Source of the DNA: the human T2T-CHM13v2.0 reference genome, Homo sapiens
Reading direction: 5' to 3' (one strand)
Assembly: GCF_009914755.1 (NCBI RefSeq)
Contig: NC_060945.1
Length of the DNA: 64,000 bases
The notes under the pieces are model-generated. The model did no database searches. It saw nothing but the letters and a program-made list of their open reading frames with translations, and had not been told where the DNA came from. This document shows, piece after piece, positions 24,601 to 37,499 of the stretch. Every line of letters starts with the position of its first letter. The stretch's first letter is position 1. The position numbers and the translations under genes are program-made.

Positions 24601-27600
24601 AATCATCACCCTCAAGTTCAAAGTTTCACAGATCTCGAGGGCAAGGTCGCCCTGCAGCCATGTTCTTTGCTACAGCAAAACAAAAGTAACCTTGGCTCCT
24701 GTTCCCAGTAATTTCCTCATTTTCATGTGAGACCTTGTAAGCCTGGCCTTCACTGTCCATCCTTCTGCCAGCCTTTTAATCACAACTATTCAACAAGTGC
24801 CTACGATGGTCCAAAATTTCTTTCATCTTCCTGTCTTCTTTCAAGCTCTCCAAACTCTCCAACCTCTGGCTGTTACCCACTTCTGAACCTGCTTTACATT
24901 TTCAGCTATCTTTGTTGCAGCCTGACAATGTAGAAGAAAAAGAAGTCCATTTTCAGGGGGAAACTTCAAGAAGGCTTCAGATATTTGCATTAAAATGAAG
25001 TCCAGTGCTAATAGCCAAGACGATGGGGAAATGTCATTGAAGATATTTCATAGCTCCACTTCGCAGTACTTTATTTTCTGTATGATCATAATGAAAAGGG
25101 GTTTAATTGGCTCATGGTTCTGCAGGCTGTAAAGAAAGCATAGTGGCTTCTGCTTCTGGGAGGACTCAGGAAGACTCCCAATCATACCAACAGGAAAACA
25201 GCAATGAAATATTTCATACGGCAGGAGTAGGAGCAAGGCTGAGAGAGGAAAGAGGTGCCACACCGTTATATAACCAGATCTCATGAGAACTCACTATCAC
25301 TAGGTCAGCATCAAGAAGATGGTGCTTAACCATTGGTGAAGGATCCGCCCCCCAACACAGCTCCACCTCCTAGTGTTCCAGACAGAAGCCTGCTGCAGAG
25401 GCAGAGGCTCTTGGGAATCCTGTACTATGGCAGTGCAGAAGGAAAATAAGGGCTTTGACTGACTATGCAGGAGGCCACCATCCTCGAGACCCCAGATTCA
25501 TAGACCTACCAACAGTTCACACCCTCAGTATGGAAAAGTGATAGGCTCTCAACACCAGCCCAGCCCATGAGAGCAGCCATGGGGGCTAAAGCCTGCAAAG
25601 CCACAGGTGCACTGCCCTGGTAGAAGTTTTCCATGAGCCTCGGCCTCTGCAGCAGGCTACTCCCCCTTCCTAATATCCATCACCCTCCCACGGCCCTACA
25701 GCCAGCCTACTCTACCCCACCCTACCCACCCCTTTTTTCTTCCACCCCTACACCTCCCATCCATGATTAAATAATCTCCCACCAGGCCCCATCTCCAAAA
25801 TTTTGGATTACAATTCCACATGAGTTTTTCCAGGGGCACACAGCGAAATCATATTATGCTGACCTTGACCCCCCAAATATCATATCCTTTTCACAGAATA
25901 AAATACAATCATGCCTTTTCAAAGGTTTCCAAAAGGCTTAACTCCTTCCTGCATTAACTCAAATGTAAAAAGTTCTAAGTCTCATCTGAGACAAGGCTGC
26001 AGTCTCTTCTGCTTATGAGTCCCTGAAGTTAAAAGGGTGTTTGTTTCTTTCAAGGTACAATGATGGTACAGGTACTGGGTAAACTTTCTCAATCCAAAGG
26101 GAAGAAATTTCCAAGAAAAATAACACAAATGGGACCACAGGCCCAATGGACATCCAAAATCCAGTACGTCAGTGTTCATTCAATCTCACAGCTCCAAAGT
26201 CATGAAGAGAACTCACTATCAGAAGGACAGCATTAAGGAGATGGTGTTTAACCATTTGTGAAGGATCCACCCCCAGCCCTGCCTTTCACCCCCAACCCCA
26301 CCACAATCCCCTCCAACCCTCCCCACCCCCGATTCCCTCCAACCCTCTCCACCCCAGAATCCCCCCCACCCTCCCGGTGCCCCCAACCATCCAACCTCCA
26401 CTCTCCACCATGATTAAATCACCTTCCATCAGCCCCCACCTTTAACATTTTGCATTAACATTCCACATGAGCTTTGGTAGAGACAGAGAGCCAAAACCTA
26501 TTATTCTGTCTCTGGTCCCCCAAAGTTCATGTCTTTCTCACATTGCAAAATGTAATGATGCCTTCCCTAGAGTCTCTCAAATCTTAACTCATTCCAGCAT
26601 TTACTCAAATGCACAAAGCCCAGAGTCTTATCTGAGACAAGTCTACAGTCCCTCCTGCCCATGAGCCAGTGAATTGTAAAGCAAGTTTACTACTTCCAAG
26701 GTACAATGATTGTACAGGCAGTGGGTGACTCATAGGATACATAAGTGTCCAAAACCCAGCAGGCCAGTCACTTAATGCTACAGCTCCAAAATCACCATTT
26801 TTGAATCCTTGTCCCATATCCATGGCAGAGGGCTGTGAGGGCTGAGCTCCCAAGGCCTTGGGCAGATCTGCACCTGTGGCTTTGCAGCGTTCAGCCTCCG
26901 CAGCTGTCTCTCATGGACAGGGCTGTTGTTGAGTGCCCATAGCTTTTCCACAATGAGGGTGCAAGCTGTTTATGGGTCTATGAATCTGGGGTTTAGAGAA
27001 TGATGCCTCCCTGTGTGGGGGCTTCAACCCTATAGGTCCCTTCTTTGCTCCTCTAGTAGAGGTTCCCCATGAAGCTCTGCCTCTTGGAAAAGCTTCTTCC
27101 TGAACATCCAGGATTTTCTGTACATCTTCTGGAGTCTAGATGGGAGTTCTCAATCCTCTAATCTCTTTCTCTGTGCACCTACTGGCTTAACACTATATGG
27201 AAACCATCAAGACTTTGAGGCACCTCTGAAGCAATGACCCAAGCTGTACCTGTGCATCTTTCAGTCATGGCTGGTGCTGGAGCTGCACGGATGCTGGCAG
27301 CAGTGTCCTGCGGTTGAGCACAGCAGCAGAGCCATGGGACTGCCCTAGGAAACCATTCTTTTCTCCTAGGCCCCAGGGCCTGTGACAGCAAGGGCTGCTG
27401 CAGACATCTCTAAAATGCTTTCAAGGCCGGTTTCCCACTGTCTTGGCGTTTTGCACTGGGTTCCTTTTTATACAAATAACCTAAGCCTTCTTGAATTTTC
27501 CCCCTCAAAATCGGCTTTTCTTTTTGACCACTTAGCCAGGCTCCACATTTTCCAAACTTTAGATCTCCACTTGAAGTTCCAACTTGAAGTCACTTCTTAG

Positions 27601-30302
27601 GTCACCCATAAGAACACAAGCTGTTCAATGTAGGCAGAACACCTCTTGTGCTATGCTGCCTAGATGTTCATTTCACCAGATACATCCTAAATCATCACCC
27701 CCAAGTTCATAGTTTCACAGATCTCCAGGGCAGGGTCCCCATGCAGCCAGCTTCTTTGCTAAGGCCAATCAAATGTAATCTTGTCTCTTGTTCATAGGAA
27801 ATTCCTCATTTTCATCTGAGAACTTTTAGGTCTGGACTTCAGTGTTTACACTTTTGTCAGCCTTCCTATCACAAGTATTTAACAATTCTCTATAGTGGTC
27901 CAATATTTTCCTCATCTTGCTGTCTTCTAAGCTTTCCCAACTCTTCTGACCTCTGTCTTTTACCCACTTCTGAACCTGGTTCTACATTGTCAGCTATCTT
28001 TATCACAGCCTGGCAATGTGGTAAAACAGAAAAGTCCATTTTCAGGGGGAAAGTTCATGAAGGATTCAGATATTTGCATGAAAAGAAGCTGAGTGCTGGT
28101 TGCCAAGACAAAGGGGAAAGGGCCTTGAAGGCATTTCATGGCTCCACTTCATAGTACTAATTTTCTGCATGATCATAAAGAAAAGAGGTTTAATTGGCTC
28201 ACGGTCCAGCAGGCTGTAAAGGAAGCACAGTGGCTTCTGCTTCTGGGAGGATCAGATCAGGAAGCCTTCCAATCATACCAGAAGGCCAAGGGGCAATGAG
28301 ATGTTTCAAATGGCAGGGGTAGAAGAAAGACTGAGAGAGGAAAGAGGTGCCACCCCCTGTTATATAACCAGATCTCATGAGAACACACTATCATGAAGAC
28401 AGCATCAAGAAGATGTTGCCTAACCATTGGTGAAGGATTTGCCTCCCACCCCCACCTCCCACTGTTTCCAGGCAGAAGCCTGCTGCAGATGAAGCGTTCT
28501 TGGGAAACCTCTACTAGGGCAGTGCAGAAGGAAAATATGGACTTGGAGCCCCCATGCAGGGGGCCACCACCCTCCAGACCCCAGATACATAGACCCACCA
28601 ACAGCTTGCACCCTCCGTGTGGAAAAGCTACAGGCACTCAACACTAGTCCAGTCCATGAAAGCAGCCATTGGGGCTCAAACCTGCAAAGCCACAGGTGCG
28701 CTTCCCTAGTAGGGATTTTCCATGAGACTCTGCCTCTGCAGCAGGCTACTACCCCTTCCTACTACCCACCACCCTCCCACCACCGTACAGCCAGTCTACT
28801 CCCTCCCACCCTACCCACCCCTTTTTCCCTTCCACATCCACCCCCACCCATCCATGATTAAATCACTCCCTCCCTCTCCCTGTCATAATCTAATCCCTCC
28901 AAACCCTTCCAATCCTTGTTTGCTACCCACTACTGAGCCTGCTTCTACTTTTTCAGATATCTGTATAGCAGGTTGGCTATGTAGCAAGAACAAAAATCCC
29001 ATTTAAGGGGAAACATTCAAGAAGATTTCAGAAATTTGCATATAAAGAAGCCCTGTGCTAATAGCCAAAACAAAGGGAAAAAGGCCTTGAAGACATTTCA
29101 CAGCTCCTCTCTGCAGTTCTACTTTTCTGTATTATTGTAAATAAAAGAGGTGTAATTGACTCATGGTTCTGCAAGCTGTGAAGGAAGTATAGTGTCTTCT
29201 GTTTCTGTGAGGAATCAGGAAGCCTCCTCATTATATCAGAAAGCCAAGGGACAATGAGATGTCTCCTAAAGCAGAAGCAGGAGGATGAGATCTGTTAAAC
29301 AACCAGATCTCATGGGAACTCACTCATTATCAGGAGTATAGCATCAAGGTGATGGTTCTTTATCATTCGTGAAGTATCTACCTGCACCATTTTATGACTA
29401 AATCTTTTTCCACCTAGACCTTGCCTGTAACATTACAAAATATAATTCCACATGAGTTTTGGTAGGGACATAGACAAAAACCGTATTATTCTGTCCTTGA
29501 CCCAATGAATCTCATGTCCTTCTCACATTGCAAAATACAAACATGCCTTGCCAGCAGTCTCCCAAATTCTTAACTCATTTCAGGATTAACTCAAAGTTAC
29601 AAAGTCCAAAGTCTCATCTGGGTCAAGGCTACAGTCTCTTTTGCCTATGAGTCTCTGAAATAAAAAGCAGGCATTGTGTAAGCTTTCCATTTCCAAAAGG
29701 AAGACATTTTCCAGAAAGCTTCTTATTTCTCTCTGAGACCTCCTCAGCCTGGCCTTCACTGTCCATGTTTCTGTCAGGATTTTTGTCACAACCATTGAAC
29801 CAGACTCTAAGATGGTCCAAAAGTTTTCTCATCTGTCTTCTTTTGAGCCCTCCAAACTCTTCCAACCTCCGTCCATTACCTGGTTCCAAAGCTGCTTCCA
29901 CATTTCCAGGTATCTTTATAGCAACGCTCCAGTCCTCATTTGCCATTTCCCGTATGATTTATTTTGAAAAAGAGGTTTAATTGGCTCATGGTTCTAAGCA
30001 CAGTGCTTCTGCTTCTAGGCCTCAGAAATCTTTCAATAATCATGGAAGGCAAAGAAAGAATCAATTGTCTCACATGGCAAGGAGAAAACACGGAAAGTGG
30101 GGAGGTGATATAGAGATTTCAGTGACTACATCTCATGAGAAGTTACTCATTATTGTGAGGATGGTACAAGGGGATGGTGCTGAACCATTCATGAGAAATT
30201 TGCCTTCATAATTCAATCACATTATACCAGGATCCACCTTCCACATTAGGAAATATAATTCAACATGAGATTCGGTGGGGACACATATTCAAATTGCATC
30301 AT
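15620..30302 (-). mobile_element. Tandem array of rearranged MST (MaLR) LTR/internal units
   Basis: LTR landmark caatg(a/g)(g/a)at(g/a)ttt(c/t)a..(t/c)ggcag at ~15628, 18500, 21928, 25201, 28293, with a degenerate copy at ~29252; MST-int motifs repeat in each unit. Confidence 0.9.
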
Positions 30303-31625
30303 CAATCTTTGAATATAAAGACATCCACAGCAGGCTTTATCCAGCCAACTTCTTTGAGACTCTTTATAGAGTTTTAAGTCTAGAGCATATACACTAAAAT
30401 ATTCATACTTCGAAAAGCAATAAAGTGGTATTATCATTTTTCCAAAAGTTACAGCAGTAGTTTAGGCATTCATAGTATGATTTAGTTCACGATTGCTACT
30501 GTTTCTATTCTATCACCATATTAACTGTTTCCTATACAATTCTGTATTCAACTGGATTTCAGTTGAGCACAAAACCATCCTTGTACTAGCTCTTTGCTAG
30601 TGTTATTATTCTGCTGTAGAAAGTATCCTTGAACTGGAAACCGTCCACGATCGAGTATCGAGTCATTCAACACTATCAATTCCTGGGTGACTTTTTGAAA
30701 AAGTAGTATCTCTTGTTGCAAGAAATGCTGCATCTGTGAGTCCATGTCTCTCACTGGAATTGGATGGAAGTGGTGAATTTCAGCCAAAGTGGCCAAAGAA
30801 ATCCTGTTCCTGTGATTCTGACGTCATCAGCCTCTGCACCTCTGTCTTCCCTTCTGCCACATGTTGCCTGCTCTCCATGACTTTGGTAAGAGCTTCCTTG
30901 TGTATGTGGATGATGTCCAGGATGTTGGTCTGGTGTCCCTGAGACAGCACTAACAGGTCCATGGCTAGGTCCAGGTCCTTCCTGGACTGACTGGCAAAGA
31001 GCTCACTGACAGAGTGGAAGGCATCTATACTGAAGTGGATGGCCTGGTCCAGCTCCAAGGCCTGGCTGAGGCTGAAGAACTGTCAGGCTTCTGATGCTCT
31101 TTCTCAAAGCCTGCCACCACTCATTGGCTGTGAAGTTGAGCTGAGTGCCCTGTTGTCCATCTTCTTGGTGAAGCACTTGAAGCCGTCAATCTTGCTCTCC
31201 CATGCCTAAAAGTTGAGTGTCACACTGGGGGTGGGCTCAGGGCCAGGAAGAATCTGGCACTCACCATCTCATCCTTCTCAGCCTTCCTCTTGCCCTGTCT
31301 CCAGGCTATCTCTTCAGTGCTGGTGGAGCACATCAGGAAGTGACAAACAATGTGGCACTGCACCTGCATCCAGAAGCTGGCTGTGTGGTTCATCTACAAG
31401 ATTGGGCCCTTTCTGCACTTGAACATAGATCCACTTCACCATAGATGCCTTCCACACTGTCAGTGAGCTCTTTGCCCATCAGCCCAGGCAGGATCTGGAC
31501 CCAGTCATGGACTTGTTAGTGCTGTCTCAGGGACACCAGGCCAACATTCTGGACATCATCCACGTACACAAGGAAGCTCTTACCAGAGTCCTCCTCAAGA
31601 TGGCCTGTGGTCTGCCTCTTGGCAC
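30303..31625 (-). pseudogene. SNX18: SNX18 processed pseudogene, copy B
   Basis: Minus ORFs [37 protein letters not shown] and [33 protein letters not shown] match the SNX18 BAR C-terminus; colinear with copy A. Confidence 0.92.
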
Positions 31626-32205
31626 CCGAGAAGCCCACAGTGCTGTAGAAGCCCCGATGCTTGGACTGGAGCCCCAAAGGCGGCACACACCCCAGTTCTG
31701 AGCCTGCTGCTCATTTCCTCTATGTGGCTCCATTTGCAGCACATTTGTTGCACTGAGGCCTGTGCATGCCAGGCAAAGCCAAGCTGGCTCAAAGAGCAAC
31801 CACCCACCTCTGCAATGGTGTGCCAGGAGCCAGTGGACCAGCCACCAACGTCACTCCCTGCCAGTCAGGGTAAATCAGTTATTCTGCCCTGGAAGTGGAG
31901 CCCCAGTGCCATCTGCTTTTCCTCAGGCCTCCACTCCATCAGCTGTCAGGTGGTGGTCACTCAGACTGTGGGAAACTGGCCATCCCTGTTTCCTTGAGTG
32001 GGTGAGGTTGGTGACTGCTCCACCTGCTCCTGGCACACCCTTGCAGAGGTGGCTGGTTGCTCTTTGAGCCAGCTTGGCCTTGCCTGGAATGCACAGGCCC
32101 CAGGTACTGAGAAGCTGCTCCGAGTAAGTTTGTCTTGGGCCAAATTCTAAGTCTGGCCAGGGCCACAGAAGGCCGAGTCCCCTGGGTGGTAATCCTGGCT
32201 GCTGC
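31626..32205. repeat. Single copy of the GC-rich inverted-repeat unit that is amplified at 3280-5900
   Basis: gccaagctggctcaaagagcaacc at ~31778 and its reverse complement at ~32055. Confidence 0.85.
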
Positions 32206-33045
32206 AGGGGGGCCCATGGTGCCCCTCCCCTCCCAGGGCTCAGGATGAGGTCCGACTGGGACAGGATGCTTTAGGTATGGGACTTGTGCCCCAGGAGGGG
32301 ACCTCTGTCACACAGGTTGGGTGAGAAGATATATGGCATGCTGCTGGCTGCCAGGGCTGTTGGGATGCACGTTCACCCTTCCCTTCAGAGACCTCAAAGT
32401 GACCAGCTTTCCCTTTATGAATGACTTCCAAGGCCCAGGAGCCATTTGGGGCTGCAGAGCAGCTGGCTGCATGCTGCCCTGGCTTCTTCCATGTTGTGCT
32501 GGTCACTACCTACCAAGGGGGGTCAGATGCAGGCACAATGTAGGACGATTGTCTCTGGACCTGTGTCTTGGTTATCATGGAGCTAGACTGGGCCTGGTGA
32601 CAGGGCCCTGATGGGGTTGTCCTGTGTGGTCACGGAGGTGATCAGAAAAGATGCAGAATGGAATTGCTGCGAGGATGAATGAGATGACTGTCAGCACATA
32701 ACAGGCAGCTGGTGAGTGTTCAGGGATTACCCTCAGTAGCTGCCCAGAGGCCAAAACCACCCACCTGATAGTGACTTTTCCCAAGCCAGGAGGAAGAGAA
32801 AAGAGCAGGTCCCACTCACCTGAATCTGATCAGTGAGCTGTGTTGAGATGTGCCTCTCATCTAGAAAATGGTCCTTCACGCAGAGCTACTCACAGACACT
32901 GCTGTGTGTCTCTAACTGCTCCACAACACAGAGGCGATGGGGACTCAGCAACAGTGACATTGTGGGGTGACACAACCCACCACCATGGGAGTCTGCTTGG
33001 GTCAACAGGGCCCAGAGTCAGTGTCCTCTATCCCCTGAACTGACA

Positions 33046-33107
33046 TGTGTGTATGCAATGTATTTGTGTATGCATGTGTGCCTGTGTGTGTGTGTGTATG
33101 TGTGTGT
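33046..33107. repeat. Imperfect (TG)n microsatellite
   Basis: tgtgtgtgtgtgtgtatgtgtgtg seen directly. Confidence 0.85.
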
Positions 33108-33479
33108 TTGTCTTGCTTCTCTGGACAGGCCTAGCTTCTCCACTCATGGGTGCACCCAGGTCCTCATCACTGTCACCTTAGAGCATTAGAGCCTCTATAG
33201 GTGCTCCCCAATCTCTGCCCTCCCCACCCATGGTGGTACTGGGGATGCAGACAGAGGAGGGGCACTGCATAATGCTGAGAGGGCTGGCACCCTCTCTAGG
33301 TGGAACACAGGTCATTTGTAAAGTTGTAGGTCTGCCAAGCAGTATTGGATTCAACACATCTTCTCACCTTCTCTTTCCAGCGACCCTCCAGGGTGCCCCG
33401 ACTCACTTTCCCTGCAGATGGAGGCAAGGAGGCTCCACAGACAACCCCCCTGCCTGAGGTCAGATAGTGGCCAGCAGGC

Positions 33480-34070
33480 CAGGTACTGACAAACTGCCCC
33501 TGACCAGGTTCCCAGTGATGAGTGATGAGACCCCTAATGACCACTCCTCCATTGACCAAGTCCCACTGATCAAGTCCCCACTGACCATGTCTTCCTAACC
33601 AGGCCCACACTTAATAGGCCTCATGGGCCAGACCCCACTGACCAATTTTCCACTGACCTGGTCCCCATTGACAAGACAGGGTTCCCACTGACAAGACCAC
33701 AATTTACCAGGTTGCTGCTCAACCGACCCCCCACTGAACAATTCTCCATGAACGAGTACCCAGCTGACTGAGCCCCCTCTGACCAGGCCCTCACTGACCA
33801 GGCCCCAAGCCACTAAGGCCCCACACTGACCAGGCCCGTGATATATTGTGTATGCCCCACCAACCAGTTTTTCATTGTTTATGTTCCAACAGATCAGGCC
33901 CCACTAATAAAGCCACCACTGACTAGGTCCCCCCACTGACCAGGCTTCCAATGACTAGGTCACCAGGTCCCCACTGAGGAGGCCGCCACTAACCAGGCCC
34001 CTGCTGATCAGGTCCCAAATGATCAGGTCCTGATGACCAGGTCATCTCTGACCATGGTCCACTGACCAGG
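33480..34070. repeat. ACTGACCAGG-type minisatellite (copy 3)
   Basis: Repeated cccactgaccagg motif in the same orientation as copies 1 and 2, with different flanks. Confidence 0.85.
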
Positions 34071-37032
34071 CCCCAGAGCAACGGGGTTCAAAGTCTCATT
34101 ACAATGTCCCCCTCAGCTCATAGACCCTCCCTCCCTGCATGTGTGCCCGGAGGTCAGGCCCTGGGGTTTTTTTTTGGGACGTGGCCTTTCCTCCAAGACA
34201 CAGGGAGAGACAGTTGGCCTCAGGCTCCAAGTTCCCAGCTCCACACTCACCCCAAAGGCCCTCTGGGCCCGTCTCAAAGGAGAAAGTGAGGTGGCCTGAC
34301 ACTGCCTGGACACACCATCTACCCTATTCCTGAGTTTCAGAGTGTGAGGAAGGGAGGGACATTTGGCAGATAAGGCACGCTGTGCTGTTGGGTCTCTCAG
34401 GGCCCTTCCCACAGAGCCCCGATCTAAAGACACAACACAGAGGCTACAGGAAGACTAATCCAGAACCTCTGAGACAGCCAGGGACCACATGAGTACTCTC
34501 CCCAGACAGCCAGAAGGCCCTTTGCTAGTTTCTTGGTACTTCAGTGGATGTGGCAGTGGTTCTTCTGTTGGGGCCAGTGAGTACACACTGGGGAGGGCTC
34601 ACCTGTGTTTCCTCAGTGGCTCCACCTCTGCTTCTAAAAAAAATGACTCATTCCAGAGCTGGCGCAGAGAAAATACAAGCTGAGCTTAGAACATCTTCTG
34701 CCAGAAAGTAAAAAAGTGCCGACAGAGTAATGGAGACAAATCAAAGAGACATAAAGTCAGCTTGGAATGTCTACTACTGGCCTAATCTTGGGGAATTGGA
34801 GCATCAGAATCATGAGCTTTCTTTCTCCCTTATTTATTGGTTTTATTTCTCCATGTAGAACAAAGAAGAGAATAAGAAAATAATCATCTGGTAACCATCA
34901 TAGTAATAATTGTTCAAACACAAGTCATCCATGAAATGCTAAATCTAGTGGGTTCTGAGGAGTAACCAGATATTTACAGAGCCTCAAAGTATCTCCATAC
35001 AAAATACGGTTGAATTACAAAAAGAAAATTGTAACATTAGCATGGACAAACCTGGCAGGTACTCCTTAACTCTCCTAAGTAATAAAAACTGTAAAATGCA
35101 AATAAGCCTTCGATGACATTTACTAACCTTTACTAAAGTATCAATGATGACTTGGTTGTTTAAACAGCTGACATTTGGGCAATTTGAGTATGTCAAACTC
35201 AATAATACTGGTTTTCATTTGCAAGATCCACTTAAAACTTAAGGAGGCCAAAAAACATCATTTAAAATACCCTATAAATTATAATCATACATATGATACA
35301 AAAATATCCTACTTCAGTAAATATTGGAATGTTATATATTTTATGAGAAACAATTAAAATGTGTAAATAGCCCAGTAATAAAGTTTTATAATCTTTTAAA
35401 TCATCATAGAATTTTTCCTTAAGACTTTATGGTTAAATATTCTCTTCATTAGATGTGGCTTACCCGTGGATTCTAGAGAAGAAAGTAGATGGGAGCAAGT
35501 GTCCAATACAGCAACAGCTGGAAAGAAAAATAAAGAATTTTGTTCTTTACCTAAAACACTTCAGTTAACTAAGAGTGAGTTTAAAAACTAAAGACTTGAG
35601 AACTTTATCAGAGTTAATAAGAATGAGAAATATGTATGTACATTTACAATACAAAATTACTATTTAATAATTTACACATGGCATTAATTCTAATTGTGTT
35701 TAAATATCAGAGCTTGTTCAGTCTTCATTCATGTAATCAACAGCCACATGCTAAGGTACTAGAACCAGCACTGGAATTACAAGATGAAGATGGCATGGTC
35801 CACCTCTCAACAGTCATAAGCTATAACCTAAAAAACAGACAGGCAGGCAATGTCCATATAGAGTCATAGATACCATGACAGGTATACAGCAGGGCACTAC
35901 TGGAACACAGAGAAGGGACATCTACCCACTTTTATGTCAATATCATGGGCTTTCTGGTGGAGGAGATAACATAGGTTGATACCTGAAGGACAAGAAAAAG
36001 CTTCCCAGATAGAGGAAAGAGGCAAAGGCAAAGAGCCTGAGGTGAGGAAGAGCCCTGCAGAGTTCCACTCCATCCAGTTTGGTGCTAGAGCAAAGGGCAG
36101 AGTGCAGTAAGTGGTGAGAAACAAGGCTGAGTAACTTGGCAAGAATTACATTGACATGGGTGTTTTTATTTCATGGTGAAAAATTTGGAACTTTTCCTGA
36201 GAACAAGTGTAAGCCAATGACACAGTAAATTAGAGGAGATTTAAAATGTCACCTGTCAAGTGACTGCTTATGAAGGGTTATTGCTCAGCTAAGTATTTCT
36301 GAATGAGTCTTAGGTCTGTTGGCCTTCAATCTCTACCGAAACCCTGAGAACTTGATGATGCTTTTGTTTTCTGAGAATCGTTTCAGTGTGCTGGCTGACA
36401 GTTCCATGAGGATGGCAAAACTTAAGAAAGTGTAGAGCCAGTGAAGAAGAGATGCACAGACTTCTTGGGAACTGTTTAAGCTTTGGAGCATGATGAGTTT
36501 ATGGTGCATAAGTGCAGTCTTCTCTGTGAAAGTTTTTGTTTTCACATCTTTCATTAGATGTGTGTAAGAAAAAATATTGATGTAGTATCTACTAACCCAA
36601 GAATGAAAAGGAATGCCATTAGCTATTTACACTTTATTTCTAAAATAAACCTAAATTTAATTAATAAATTTTGTCAACGTACTTCTCTGTTTCTCTAATT
36701 ATTTATTCTACACAGTCCAGCCCCATCTAAAATAAGTAAAAATAATAATAATGTCTAAATTAAACAAGAAACATTATCATGAAAATCATGTATCACTTAC
36801 AAAATGTGGCCTTTAGTATTTTTAGTGACTAGACATTACTTGAAGTTTGCTTAAATAGAAAAATAATCACATAAATAAAATAAAATTTCTACTTATTTTA
36901 AGTTTAGATAACAGAGGATGTATATGTGTAATGCTGTTTAGAGTAATCTGACAAAAATGCAGTTAATATTGATCTATTGCATATACATGATTTTAGAAAG
37001 GTAGTGTTTTATTAGTACAAAGGTTAAACAAT

Positions 37033-37380
<348 letters not shown>

Positions 37381-37499
37381 TTAGAAAACTCTGCCGTTTA
37401 TAAAAGTTTAATCCATTTTTTACTTCAATAAATTTTATCTTAAAAAGAAATTTCTGTTCTCTACTTATAGGAAACTTTTCTTTTTTTTTCTAGTTTGTA

